A DNA stretch of 64,000 nucleotides from Blastocystis sp. Blastoise (lineage: Eukaryota; Protista; Bigyra: Opalinata): the NCBI GenBank assembly GCA_039096225.1, contig JBBPEB010000019.1:124001-188000 (forward strand), written 5' to 3'. Made by a program: the position numbers and the translations under genes. Position 1 is the first letter of the stretch. Every line of letters begins with the position of its first letter. This document shows, in pieces, positions 25,588 to 43,803 of this stretch. Below the pieces are notes generated by a model that saw only the letters and a program-made list of their open reading frames with translations, did not search any database and was not told where the DNA came from.

Positions 25588-26533
25588 GATTCTTTTGTAT
25601 TTGTCTTGGTTGTGGTGATAGAAGCTTCTTGAAGTGGTCCTGGTTGTGCTACATGGCTTATTTATTGTCAGGTATATAAATATATATATTTTTTATAATA
25701 TTTTCTTTTTCATTTGTCCATTCATCTGTTTTACTTATTATTTTATTTGTGTATTTTATTTATTTTTTCTTTATATATAATTTATTCTATATATTGTTAA
25801 TTATTTTTATTCTATAGGAAGAAAATGTTGTTGATGTGTTGTGGTTTTCGTTTTTTTATGTCTTTCTTTTTTAATCTGTGGTTCCAGATTAATTTATAGG
25901 TATATATTTATATTTTATTTATTATTTTTATTATTTATATGTTTATTTATTTATTTATTTATTTATTATATTTATTTATTATATTTATTCATTTATTTTA
26001 TTTTATTTATTAATTTTATATTATTTATTTATTTATTTATTATATTTATTTATTATATTTATATTATTTATTTATCATATTTATATTATTTATTTATTTA
26101 TATGTTTTTATTGTATATAGGTTTAATAGTCTTCTTATTCTTTCTTTCTTCTTCCTTCTTCATTTTACTTCTTCCTTCTTCCTTATTCTTCTTTCTTCTT
26201 CCTACTTCTTCCTGCTTCATCATTCATCATTCTTCCTTCTTTCTTCTTTCCCATCCTTGATTCTTCCTTCTTCCTTCTTCTTTATCCCTGATTCTTCCTT
26301 CTTCCTTATCCTTGATTCTTCCTACTTCCTTCTTCTTCATCCTTAATTCTTCCTTCTTCTTCTTCATACTTCCTTATTCCTCATCCTTCCTACTTCTTCC
26401 TCTTCATTTCCTTCTTATTATATATATATATATATATTTAATTATTATTATTACTCTTTAAACTCCCTTTATGCTCTAGAAGGAGAGAAGCAATCATTAT
26501 AGATTGTTTTCAGGTTCAATTCCTGACATGAAG
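25588..26533 (+). ncRNA. Putative spliced transcript divergent from RepHel, ending at the tRNA-like element
   Basis: Host-type TATAG acceptors at 25587, 25817 and 26120, GTATAT donors at 25672 and about 25900, and T-rich introns. Acceptors are conserved in copies B and C. No shared ORF. Confidence 0.42.
26467..26533 (+). ncRNA. tRNA-like cloverleaf in autonomous copy D
   Basis: CTTTATG / CTCT-AGAAGG-AGAG / AAGCAATC-ATTATA-GATTGTTT / TCAGG-TTCAATT-CCTGA / CATGAAG, followed by T runs. Confidence 0.72.
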
Positions 26534-28411
26534 TCTTATTTTTCTTTTTTTAAATATTTTATTTACATATTATTATATATATATATATTCTCTTTTTTTA
26601 ATTTATTTTAATCCAGTTTAATTTATACTTTTCAATTTTGACCTTATATATATATATCTAACTTTTTATAGTTTTTTTAGACTTACTCTTCTCAACAACA
26701 GTCACAATGAGAACAAATCCATTTTAACTGAAACAACTAAGTCATCTCAAAACTGTTTGAATCAATCAGTATAGACGTGTATGACATAATTTATGTATTT
26801 AAACTCAATTTTAATAATTAAAAGTAAACAAACCAAACACACATGTTGACTTTAAAACTTTAAACTCAGTGTTAAATGGTTAGTTATAAAGAGTAGACAC
26901 AAAACATTGATTTATACTAAAAGGAATGAAAACAATCAACTCTTGATACAACTTTACCATTTGACAAAACACTCATCCACAATATTTTTCAAAGTTCTTT
27001 TAGTGAAGTGTTTATATAGACATATAATGTATAAAATGAAAGTCAACTCTTTGAATCTCTTATTTTAGGACAGTCTTTAAAACATTTTGACAAATAGAGA
27101 ACATTTAACTTGTTATTTAAAGCTAATATTTTAAGAGTAGACTTGACTTGAATGAATAAAAACAACAGCTAACACTTTAAACATTTTAAGACATACTTTA
27201 CATTTTGCCGATACACTTTGACCTTCATAATTTTGACTCTCCTTTTAATATAGTATGGAGTATTATCTCTAGTTTATTAAATAAAAGTCATTATATTGAA
27301 TCTCTCACTCTAAGACCACTTAATTCACATTTTTCAAAATTGTCACTTTTAAACTCGTTATTTTAAGACTTTGTTTCTACTATAGTAGTTTGAGGACCTA
27401 TTGATTACTATGATACAATATTAGTCAATTATAAGAAGATCGAAGAAAATATCGATCACTCAAAAATCGTCCTCAGGAGCTCAAAATCGCTACACCTAGG
27501 TTTTTTGACCTCCTGAATCAGAATATCATGTCAAATTGACAATCTAAATTTGACCGTTAAGGCCTCACGTGTTCAATATGAAAAAGTCTTTAAAAATAGA
27601 TAAATATAAAGAATAAACACGGATAACGTATATTGTGGGATTGAGAAAAAATCAAGTTTACCCCATGTTTATTTTCCAATTGTCTGGTCAACAATTTTTA
27701 TCGGGGTCATCCCAAAGAGCCAATCAAAAACGACTCAAAAATCATATTTTCTGTTCTTTTATTAATAACTGTTTAATTATAAATAATATCGCTTAACCAA
27801 ATATATGTTGCAAAACTACACGTTATATCCTATTGAACTGTGTTTTAACCAAATCTTAACTCCCCGTAAGTTTAGAGGAGTTGAGGCTACAAACTCTAGT
27901 ATATAGTAGCCAATCAAATGCATTTTCCAAAAACTGACCAATGGGAATTTTTTTGCCTATTCTCATATATATAGTAATGATATTTATATTTTTTATATTT
28001 CCTCTTATTTGTATTTTATATCAATACTATAATAATATTAACTTGCTATAAATATGTATATACTTTGAATTGCCCAAAATGGGTGCCAATCTGTTTTTGT
28101 TTTTGGTTTCTGATATTCTTTTTTCATTAGTAACCTATAGATAGAATGTATTAGCAATATGAATGCAGAAATTATAAAAATATATGAATACTCCTTCAAA
28201 GAGGGAAGAATGCTAATAAATAACAAAGAAATTATGACAAATTTTTAATTAATGATAATCTACTGTAATAAAAAAATATTCTTATTGTGGTGAAATACAT
28301 AATAATAGAAGAAAAAGGAGAATAAACAAAAAAAATAACAAATCCACTTTTTTTTGTCAAAAATACTTTTTTAAACAAAAAAACCACAAAAATAAACAAA
28401 AAATACGACCA

Positions 28412-28429
28412 CTTTTCTTCCATTCCCTA
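28412..28429 (-). mobile_element. Candidate right terminal inverted repeat of the disrupted hAT element
   Basis: The minus strand reads TAGGGAATGGAAGAAAAG. This resembles hAT ends and the neighbouring MITE end TAGAGAAT. The partner TIR is not in the window. Confidence 0.35.
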
Positions 28430-28474
28430 AATCTCTAGTTTATAAAAAATTTAAAAAAATCTTAATAAAAAAAT

Positions 28475-29266
28475 TAGAGAATTACCAAAAACCAGCTAAA
28501 GCTAAATAGCTGGTTTAAACCGGCTAAAAATTTTAGCCGGTTTTGTTTTTGCTTAAAATATTTAATTATATATATTGTTATTGCCTAATTTCAATATAAA
28601 AGTCAATGAAATACATATATCTATATGTATATAAACTACGGTCCATATTAAAAAAAAATAGAATTTTGATTCAAATTGTTATGAATTGTTGAGATAACTA
28701 TAATAATAAAACTCAAAAATGTATTTTTAGATTCATAAGTGAATAATATGTTTTATTGAATACAAATCTGACTAATAATTTAACTGAATCCTTTTTTAAG
28801 AATTATTATTTATTAAGAATTTTGTTGTTTATATTTCAATTCAATGAAATTAAGAATATATAATACTAGAATATTAAGTATTTTCATAATTCTATAAGAA
28901 ATGACTTTCTTCAATTCTATATCAATAGCAAAAAAATCATTTAAAATAACAAAGAAGCTTAATCTGAACATATAAGAAAACACTCAATACATCTCTTAAT
29001 GATAGAAATAGGAATGGAACATTTCTTTTAATATATAGCACTTTATCATTGCTAGTTTTTGTTACTGATATATTTAAGCATCAAATTTGTTCATAACAAT
29101 AAAAATGAAAAAGAGTATACTCAATAATATACAAAAAAGAAATTTTTGTCTTTAGCTGGTTTCAAAATCGGCTAAAAATTCTGACTGTAAACAAAAAAAA
29201 TCGGCTAAAATTTTTAGCCGGTTTAAACCAGCTATTTAGCTTTAGCTGGTTTTTGGTAATTCTCTA
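28475..29266. mobile_element. hAT-type MITE, 792 bp, 65-bp perfect TIRs, 8-bp TSD
   Basis: TIR TAGAGAATTACCAAAAACCAGCTAAAGC...TTTTAGCCG at both ends. TSD AAAAAAAT at 28467-28474 and 29267-29274. Confidence 0.9.
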
Positions 29267-29360
29267 AAAAAAATCTTAATTTTGATTCTTATGCTCAAAT
29301 TTTTTTTTGTAACATATATATTTTCATTTATATTAATTAATTAAAAACAGATATATTCAT

Positions 29361-31008
29361 ATGGAGCCAAATATAAAAATAAAAGAAGCTTTTCCAGATT
29401 ATATAGGAATTCTCAATGATATCTTTGCTGTTTATACTTCTTTAACTAATTTAACTGTACATTCTGGAGTCTTTATTTCCAAATTTATGAAATATATGGC
29501 TAATGAGCGTGATTATTCATGTGTTAAAGAAGATAGTCGAACTTGTGTTGAATCTAGTACTTCTTCTCAGTCTTCTAGCAATCAAGATTCTCAAGATAAC
29601 GCAAAAAGTGAAAGTGATATTGAAGAAAATCTAAATGAAATTAAAAATTTCCGTTTTACTAGTTCAGGCCCAATTTTTCAAATATCAATGTCTATTATCA
29701 ATAAGATAGAAGGTTCATATATCTATGAACAAGTAAAAGAAAATGTGAAAACACAAGATGGTACGTTATATTTAGATTTTCCTGGAAATGATGGTGCAGT
29801 TTATTATGTTTTGGATTATATTAATAATAAAAAATTAGATTTGGATAGTCTTATATACATAGAACAAGAATCTATTTTAGAGTTATTTGAATTTTGTGGA
29901 TTACCATTACCAGCTGAATTAGTATTATGTCGTTATCGAAGAGATTGTAAATATAAGTCATATGAAGAAGGAGATGATGTTTCTTTATATGTTAATAATA
30001 AATTAGATCCAATTCTAAAAGAATATTTAATCAAGAAAGATTTATGGACTAGTTATATATATCATTATAAAAATGGTATTATTGATTATGATGGTAAAAC
30101 TAATATATTATCTATAAATAAGAATTATATATTTGATAATTATATTCATCAATATATTAAGAATGGTACTATTAATATTGATAACGCTCTATTATATTTT
30201 ATGAATCGAAATTTATTTGAAAGAGAAATGAAAGAAATATTTGGTCAACAAGCAATTGAAATCACTCAAAATGTATTTCAACTCAAAACTGTATTTATAA
30301 ATTCAAAAATTATTAATAAAAATATGGATTTCCAATTACAAAAATGGTTAGGTCAAAATAAAAAATGGAAATTATTATTCAGGTATAATTTTTATTATAA
30401 TATATATTATATTTTTATTTATTATTTATTATATTTTTAATTTATATTTTTTTTCATTATATTTTATTTATATTTTATATAATATTATTTTTATAACTTT
30501 ATATATATTCTATTATGAATATTTTACTATAATATCTATATATAGAGCAAGTGATCATGACTATAAAGCAAGTGAATTTCATTTTTATTGTGATAATAAA
30601 GGAGAAACAATTACTTTAATTAAGCATATAGGTCATAATAATAAGATTAATATATTTGGAGGATATACAGATCAAAGTTGGGATAGTTCAGAAACTAAAA
30701 AGATATATTCAAAAGAGGTTATTTTTACTTTACAGAATGAATATAATACTTCACCTTCTTTCTTTTTCCATAATATGTATGGAGATGGTATTTTTTGCTC
30801 TTCTAAAGTTGGGCCTGTTTTTGGTAGTGGTTGTGATATATATATAGATGATAATTGTCATTCTTCTACCAGCCTTAATTATACGAATGCACTCTCATTT
30901 TATTGGCAAAATACTCCACAAAAAAATAGTTTATTTGTAAATACAGATAGTGCAAATTCTAAAAATTACTTTATTGTTGATGATTATGAAGTTTGGGGAA
31001 GACTCTAA
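29361..31008 (+). CDS. TLDc-domain protein with degenerate BTB-like N-terminal region (2 exons, intron 30383-30545)
   Basis: Spliced product reads KWKLLFRASDHDYKASEFHFYCDNKGETITLIK...IFGGYT...GPVFGSGCDIYI...DYEVW. Confidence 0.88.
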
Positions 31009-31751
31009 TAAAATCTATTTATATACATTTATTTTAATATTATATATATATATATTTTATTTATTAGTTGTATATATATATATTTTATATTATATATATA
31101 TTTTTTTTTATTTGTTAGTTGTATATATATATTATATTATATATATATTTTTTTATTTGTTAGTTGTATATATATATTATATTATATATAATTTTTTTAT
31201 TTGTTAGTTGTAGATATATGTTTTATATTCTATTTACAATCTTTTATTTGTTGGAAAATATTTTGTAAAAAATATATATATATATCGTTGCATTCTTTAT
31301 ATACGAATTTGAACAAAACAAGAAAGAAAATCATCATAAATTGAAAAAGATGAAAAGAATGATTAATTTTTAAAAATCTATGAAACAAAAAAAATCATAA
31401 TAGAAAAGAAATAACAAATAAAAATGATTTGAAATGAAAGAAAAATATAGAAGACATAAAAACAATTATTAAATATTTATTGATAAAATATAAATATAAA
31501 TGTATATATATAACAATGAAAAAAAGAAAGAAATAACAATTATACAGAACAGAAAAAATATATATTAAAAAAAAACAAATAAAATGGTATGAAAAGAATA
31601 AATTACAATAATTATATAATAATATAATTAAATTAAATATATATATACATATATTTGAAACATAGATAACTATAGAATAAGTTGAAAAAAATAATTTATA
31701 TATATAATAATTAATTCAATATAATATGGATTATCTATTTTACAATAATAA

Positions 31752-31760
<9 letters not shown>

Positions 31761-31838
<78 letters not shown>
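31761..31838. repeat. (TA)n microsatellite
   Basis: Pure TA run. Others occur at about 4217-4261 and 13352-13404. Confidence 0.95.
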
Positions 31839-31842
<4 letters not shown>

Positions 31843-32945
31843 AATCAAAAAAATAAAATAAGGATAACATACAAAGAGACGGAATGAATGAATTTATAAT
31901 ATAAAAAAAAAAATCAAAAATAAAATGAATTGTATAGAATAAATATATACATATATACAAATAAAATGAAAATGAAATACTAAATATTAAATGAATATTA
32001 GATTTGTAAATAAATTCTATATATATATAGAGTTTAATATTGAATAGTACAGATATGAATAATATTAATTATTTCAAATATAAATTATAAGCCTATAAAA
32101 AATTTTAGTTTAATAAAAAATTTAAAAAATAATAATAAAAAAGAAAAGAAATGATAAAAAATTTAAAAATAAAATACATATATTTAAAGAAAAGAAGAGA
32201 AAAAGGAAAACAATAAAATAGAAAACAAAATTCTTAGAAAACTATATATATATATATATATATATATAATGATTACAAACACGAAAAATTTATATAAAAA
32301 GAAAATTAAAATTAAAATTAAAATAAAAATAAATGAAAAATTAAAAGAAAATTAAATCAAGAATGTATTTATACATAATGATATAAATAAATATATATAT
32401 ATAATTGCATATATATATATATTAAAAAGAAGAAATAAATAAAATAGTGAATGATCAATGATTAACGAAATTTCGTATATAAATGTATAATAAAAAAAGA
32501 AAGAGTTATTTAAAAAAGAGAAAGAAATATATTATTAAATAATAAAATATATTCTAAACATTTAAAAAAAGAAAAAATTCTATATATATATTAGTTATAT
32601 ATATAAAATAGATAGTATAATCAACAGTATGAATATAAATAAATTTCAAATAAGAAAAAAAAGATATATATATACATATATATAGTTGTATATGATATAT
32701 ATAGCAAGTTTAGAAATAGAAAACTAGATAAACTTATAATATATATGAAATAATACACAATACATAATTCTATATATATATATATATAATAATAACACTC
32801 TATATATATATATATATATAATAACATTCTTTGATGTGATAAGACTACCTTACACATTAAACAATGAAAAAGAAAAAGAAAAAATAAATTAATAATTATA
32901 TATATTATATAACATATATATATATAATATCATTAAATTTTTATT

Positions 32946-35900
32946 TTATATATCTTTCTTAGTATCTTTTTTTACTTCTACTGATATATTCATTGGCTGA
33001 ACAGATTTGGTTGTTACATTAGTTTTTCGCACCAATTTTGATTTTGGTTTTGATATAGGTTTGATTTTCGATTTTGAATGTTTTTTCTTCTTTAAACAGA
33101 AGAATAGAATAATAGCTAGAAGAAGAATTATAATTAAGCAGGATATGCCTATAATAATATAAAGAAGAGAAGAATTATTTTCTATACAACTAATAAGAAT
33201 AGGTTTCGAAATACTTCCCATACTATTACTACATGTAATTATATATCTCTCTATTTCTATTATACTTGTGAATGTACCTTCTATTATTGCTGTTTTACTA
33301 TCAAAAGTAACTCCAGAAGGTAAAGAAGGTTCAATAGAACAAGTATATTCAGCAGCTTGAACATAAGGAATAATCTTAATATGTTGATTGATAACCGCGG
33401 TTATTATTTGTGATTCAAAAGAGATATCACGAGGTGCACTTAATGAACAATAATCTACAAGATCTCCATAATTACCATTAGAACAATATCTACGTTTATA
33501 TCCTTCATAATATATACCACATGATATATAGGAATAACCATAATCTAATGAACCACCATCTTCTTCTGTATAACAACTTTTCATTACTGTCTTTGAATTA
33601 AATGATAATTCAGATAATTGAAAACCATAATTACTAGTACTTCCTGGATATAAACAACTATTTAACGATTCAGCATCATCTAAAGGTTGATTATTACATT
33701 CTGTAACAATATATTTATAATAATGATAACTTTGATCATTAAAGAATGTAAATGTAACACTTTGTGAATAATACGTAAACATATAATCTCCTACAACATG
33801 TAATATAGACCATTGAATACCATCTTTAGAAGCTTCTAATCTCCATCCACTAGGATGACGCACATTACATGAAGGACCAATAGTAATAGTATAAGAAGTA
33901 ATATATTCATATAGAGCATGAGGTAACTCAAATAGAAACATTGCTCCTACACATCGAGGACCAGTAATCGATAAAGTGCCTGCATTATTATCAAATAATG
34001 TTATTATTTGATTTTCATTATCATTAGTATCAATGTCACTTGTTATTGTTCCTTTTAATAAACGTCTATTATTATTCATAATAGGATATACAATACAATC
34101 GAAATCATTATTATTCATCTCTTTAGAAGATCTATGTAATTCTATTCCTATTATATTATTACCTGATTGTAATGTATTATTATTAATACTAAATGAACCA
34201 CCCGAGTATTGACTTTCTATATATTCACTTAGAGCATATGTAGTTCTAGTTATAATTCCATTAGGCATATTATATCTATATAATTCATGTCCATTTATAT
34301 ATACAACTACACCAATTGTACTTTGCACTTGTATATAAAATGATGAAAAAAGAGATAATGATGATAATTCTAATGTATATCGATAATATTCTGTAGCACT
34401 ATTTAAAGCAGGAAATGTACCTGCTTTCCCTTCTATCCAATCAGATACATCATATTCTATAGTCAACCAATCATCATCAACATAATTACCTCCTGAAAAT
34501 AACCATATACTCTGTTCTAATGAAATATAAGCACCAAAATATAACTCTTTAATAATTTGACCTTTTCCTCTTTCTATTCCTCCCTTATATAATAATATAT
34601 CTTTATATAAAGAAATGGATAAAGATCCTTTATTCCAACCTAATCCTATTTGATCATATATACTTATTGTACCTTGAAATGGCTCTTTACAAATTGAATA
34701 TATATTATTATAATTTGATAAAACTTTATTATATTCTAATATAGTAGATCCATATATAGTATTAATTTGAAATCCTTGATTTTCTCCATTTGATCCACCT
34801 AACATTTCTATAAGGAATCTTTGATTTGGTAATATACATTCTTTTATAGTTAAATTGATAGTAGTTGAAGATACAGTACCATCTGGTTTAGTAGCAGTAA
34901 TAGTATATTGAGTCTTAGATAAAGTAGTAGTAGGTGTTCCTAGAATTACACCTACTGAAGAATCAAAAGTTAATGGAGAAGGTAGAGAAGGACTTATAAT
35001 ATAATTACTATAATATATAGAATTCGAATAGATTGTTGAAATAGGCATATTTATATATCCATATATATTTGAAGGAGAATAACTTAAATCATTAACATTG
35101 ATATTATCTATATTTTCTGATAAAAATTGAATTTCAGAAATACCTAATTGATAAGGTATAGAATTAGGTTTATAAGTAGATGTAAATATAAATATATAAT
35201 ATCTCCATGGATGAGGATTTGTAGGAATATAAAAACATTTCTTTTGACTTCTAAATGAATAATGAACATTATTTACAGAAGACAAATCATTAAAATCATT
35301 ACCGTTATCACTACCAAATAAACTCCAAGAAGAAGGATCAGAATCTTCACTATTTGTACCACTTATAATACAATATTTATTTATATATTCACTATGATGG
35401 CTACCATAATAAAATCGAAATACTACACTAGAAATAGAAGGTAATTCAACAATACAGTCTTCATTTGATTTATAATCAAATAAAGCATTAATATTAGATG
35501 CTTCACTACTAACACTTGTACTAATATCCCAACTACGAGAGATCTCATTGGACAATGTCATCATTATCATTGTTAAATCGAAATCTATTGGGCAAGTTGT
35601 ATTTAACTGCCAATTAAATACACCAACAGACAAAGAATTTGACCCTGAATGTACATCTCGAATAGGTAATGTTATAGTAAACCATTGAGGCATGGACTCA
35701 CTTGAAGTGGGTCTTGTAAAGATATTTAATGTTCCTGTAGGTAGAGAAAAACGATAAACTTCTTTATCATTTATATAGATAATAAATCCGTTACGAGCAT
35801 AAATACGTATCATATATGAAGAAAAAGTGAGAGAAGAAGGAATAAATGACTTTTTAAATAACCAAACAGTACTTGTAGCAACATGACTAGAAGGAGTATA

Positions 35901-38900
35901 TAAAGAAAAAGCTACACCTTGAGAGTTACTTGTATACCATGAAGAAGAAATAGCTCCTTGAGCATAACTCCATGCACTCTCTTTACTTTTAATAGTTGCT
36001 TGAATATTAACTTTATATTGAACATAAGCAGAATCATATAAATATAATTGTTGATATAAAGTATATGCATCATCAAGTTTAATATATATATATAAATAAG
36101 AACCATTACTCCAACCATCACCTAAAGAATCTTCTAAAGTAAAATATAATAAGGAACTACTAACACACATAGTGGTCGTATATTCACGGTTATCTTTATA
36201 AGATGGAGAAGAATAAAGAATATTCCCAGAAATATCACTTACATAGAAACTTTCTTCTCCAGCCCAAGAAGTTGTCTTCTTTACAAGTTTTATTAGCATA
36301 CTACTTGTTTCACATTCTATATAAAGATAATAGGAATATTGTATATATAAATATAGTTTATTAAAATAATAATTAATGTTATTTTATATATATATAGAAA
36401 ATAATAATAAATATAGTAAATAATAAATAGAATGAATTATATTTATATTATATAAAATAAAATAAAATGAAATAAAATAAAATAAAATAAAATAAAATAA
36501 TTAAAATAAAATAAAATGAAATAAAATACTAAATATAATATTGATATAATAATAATAATATACCATGAAATGTTAATATAAATTGATAATTTGCAGGATG
36601 TACATCATCATCATATTTATATGCTGAAATGACACAAATAGCAGTAACAGCTGTATTGGGCATTCCTTCAATAGTACCACTAACAGGGTCAATAGAGAGA
36701 CCCGTAGGAAGAGAAGGAGAGGAAGAGAAGGAAGTATATCCACTAGAAAGAGGACTCATTACAATTGGGTCTAAACTCACATAACTATTAATAGTATTCC
36801 TGGCATACCACAGTCCCGCGGAAATAGGATCATAATTACACGGTAATAACTTAAAGGAAGAAAGAGCAAGAGAAGAAACTTTAGAGGATGTACCTATAGA
36901 AATATACATATATATATAGCATATATTTATTATTATTATATTATATTATATTATATTATATATATTATATTATATATACTAATAACAAGTTTAAATCGTT
37001 TAAATGATACTGTATTCGATCGTAAGGAGAACATAGCTGTTTGAGAACGTTCGGAAAACACAAATCCCTCTCGATAATCCAACTGGATCCATCCTTCATT
37101 AATTACATCAGTGAGATCGTCAGACGTACCATATTGACTCCCATATAATGTCCATGTTTGAGGATCCCCGTGGGAATCATCAGGAGAATTTGTTAATGAA
37201 TATGAATTCACCCAATAAGCTCTATATATATTTATTTATTTATATATAATGAATAGTTAAACATTAAAAAAAATATTAAAAATATATATATATATATATA
37301 TATATACTCATCATTATTAAATGTATATTGAATAGTAAGAACACGTCGAGTACTATAATAATACGTATAAGTTGTTCCATCGAATATTCGATCACATCCA
37401 TAACCAGGTGACGCAGCTGTCGCTGGAACACAATTATAAGTTCCTCCAACAAGCACTGAATATCCACATTCTATATATAGAATAATTAATTAATAATAAT
37501 AATAATAATAATATATATATATATACGTGAAGATTCTTTAATAATGAACATGGCTGCAACATTAAACTCATCCATAATTCGATAATCATTCGGATCCCCG
37601 TGGGAATTTTGGTGTACTTGAATTCCTAAATAGCCCACAGAAGTTGTTGTAACGAAACTCTTACTAACTGAAAACCTATATATGTTTATATATAATATAT
37701 AATATATAATATATAATATATAATATATAATATATAATATATAATATATATATACTTATGTATAGATGTCTCTGTTGAAGGAGCAAAAGAAGAAGCAGTA
37801 CTCCATTCAATTGTACCTCTATATACAATTATAATATAATTATAATAAAAAAATATTATTATAATTAAAAAAAATAATAATACCTATAATAATAATAAAA
37901 AAAAAGCATTATCATAATTATAATAAAAAAAAATTATTATAATAAAAATAATAACAACTATAATAACAATAACTATAATAATATACATAGGTAGATGTGT
38001 GCGATAGACTTCCCGTCCATTAAAATAAGCTAAAAAAGGGAATTTAGTTTTAATAATAAATATAATAGTAGCCAGTTCATTTAATTCGGGTGTATTCAGT
38101 GAGATTATATAACTTCTAGAAATATCGGTCATTATAGGTAATTCATCCGGTAAACCACTGTACCATGAAGAACTTACACGGTTATACCATGTACTTGAAT
38201 AAGGATCACCATCTTTATAATATACGGAAGAACCAAATTCAACATCAATGTTTACTATTTATATATATAGATTATTTAAAAAATATTAATTAAAAAATGT
38301 ATTTATATATATATATATTATTTAAATAATATTATTTAAACAATATTATTTAAATATATATTATTTAAATATATATGATTTATATATATTATTTAAAATA
38401 TTATTTAAATATATATTATTTAAAATATTATTTAAATATATATTATTTAAATAATAATAATAAGCAATATAGACATACCATTAAAAATTTCGGAGGATAA
38501 ATAGACATATTTTCCTACTTGATAAGGCATTGTTGTTCTTAAGAGTAAGACTCCATAAAGATAGAACGATAGCAATGAAGGAGAAGTCTCAGAACCCCAA
38601 CCGTTTCCTTCACTATATATAGAGAATATATGATTTTAAAAGCAAGTAATGAATTCATACGTATCTCGCATGAGCACAGTATGTTGACCCTCTTCTGTAC
38701 ATATATGCCAAATTCGAGTATTTTCATTATCAGTAAGATTTCCTCGATATGAAAATAGCTTGATACCTACGGTTGACGACCCTTTCCAAATCTCAAACAT
38801 CTCCGACGTTGCATTCTGTGAGAAGTCTTTTCTTATTTCTACGTCAAATAGGGACGGGTCACATGCAAAGATTACTAAAATAATTAATATTCATATAGAT

Positions 38901-38959
38901 ATAGACATACAAAGCCTAAAACAAACTACTAGGATAGTAATTCGAATCAGAGCTATCAT
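32946..38959 (-). CDS. Large single-pass surface protein with putative Ig (He_PIG-like) and discoidin/galactose-binding-like modules, ~10 exons
   Basis: Hydrophobic N-terminus (MIALIRITILVVCFRL) and canonical GT-AG introns. Repeats LP.GL..D...G.I.G.P and DP..W.L.GS, then a C-terminal TM segment and Lys-rich tail. Confidence 0.8.
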
Positions 38960-39749
38960 TATTCTGAAGAATTCAACAAAAGAAAAAGTGATGAATAGTT
39001 GAGAATCCTCAGGGGAAATTCTGTTTTCTTTGTTTTCCACGAATATAAAAAAAGATTTCTGTATAAATTTTATTTTTACATAAAACTGTTTTAATTGTTG
39101 TTTTCTCATTTGTTTTTGTTTCCAAGTCAAATGAATGCTTTCTTAACATATCATTACTTGTTTAATTGAAAATATTTATATTCAAATTATGAAGTTGATG
39201 ATCTTTTCATTACTGTTAAATATTTTATAAATTTTTATATTTAAAAAAACAATACTATATACATTTCATGAATATCCTATCTATCCTTGTTTTTTATTTT
39301 TTTCTATTGTTTTTAAATCAGAGTTAAATATCAACTATTTAAAAGTTATTTTTTAAAATTTGTAATACAAAAAATGTATATAGACGAAGTTGTCTATATT
39401 GTATTTTCAAGTATGATAGTTGTGAATCTGTTTATTTAGATATATAGTTAACAATATAAACCGAACAATTCGATAAAAACAAGAAATTTTTTTATGAAAA
39501 AGAGAAAAAAAGTGAAGAAACAGTTATAGAAGTATTATTATATTATTGTTTATTATTTAATGAAAGGTAAATAAAATAATAATGAAGAATAATAAGAAAA
39601 TAAATAAGGAATTTAGATTTATATATTTTTTTAATAAAAAAAAAATAGGAATATAGAATAATATATATATTGAGTAATGTAGTGTTAATAGTGTATATGA
39701 TTATATACGATTTTCATAATAGTGTGTTATTTATAATATATATATATAT

Positions 39750-43803
<4,054 letters not shown>

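Larger units (their letters stand above)
16590..27980 (-). mobile_element. Autonomous Helitron copy D (11391 bp)
   Basis: 5' TCATTACTAT at 27980, 3' hairpin (16600-16636) plus CTAG (16590-16593). Inserted between A16589 and T27981 with no TSD. Encodes an intact RepHel. Confidence 0.96.

Noticed and set aside
31020-31215. Short tandem repeat downstream of the TLDc gene, and a tandem duplication at 51120-51228
   Set aside because: These are ordinary AT-rich slippage duplications with no further structure.
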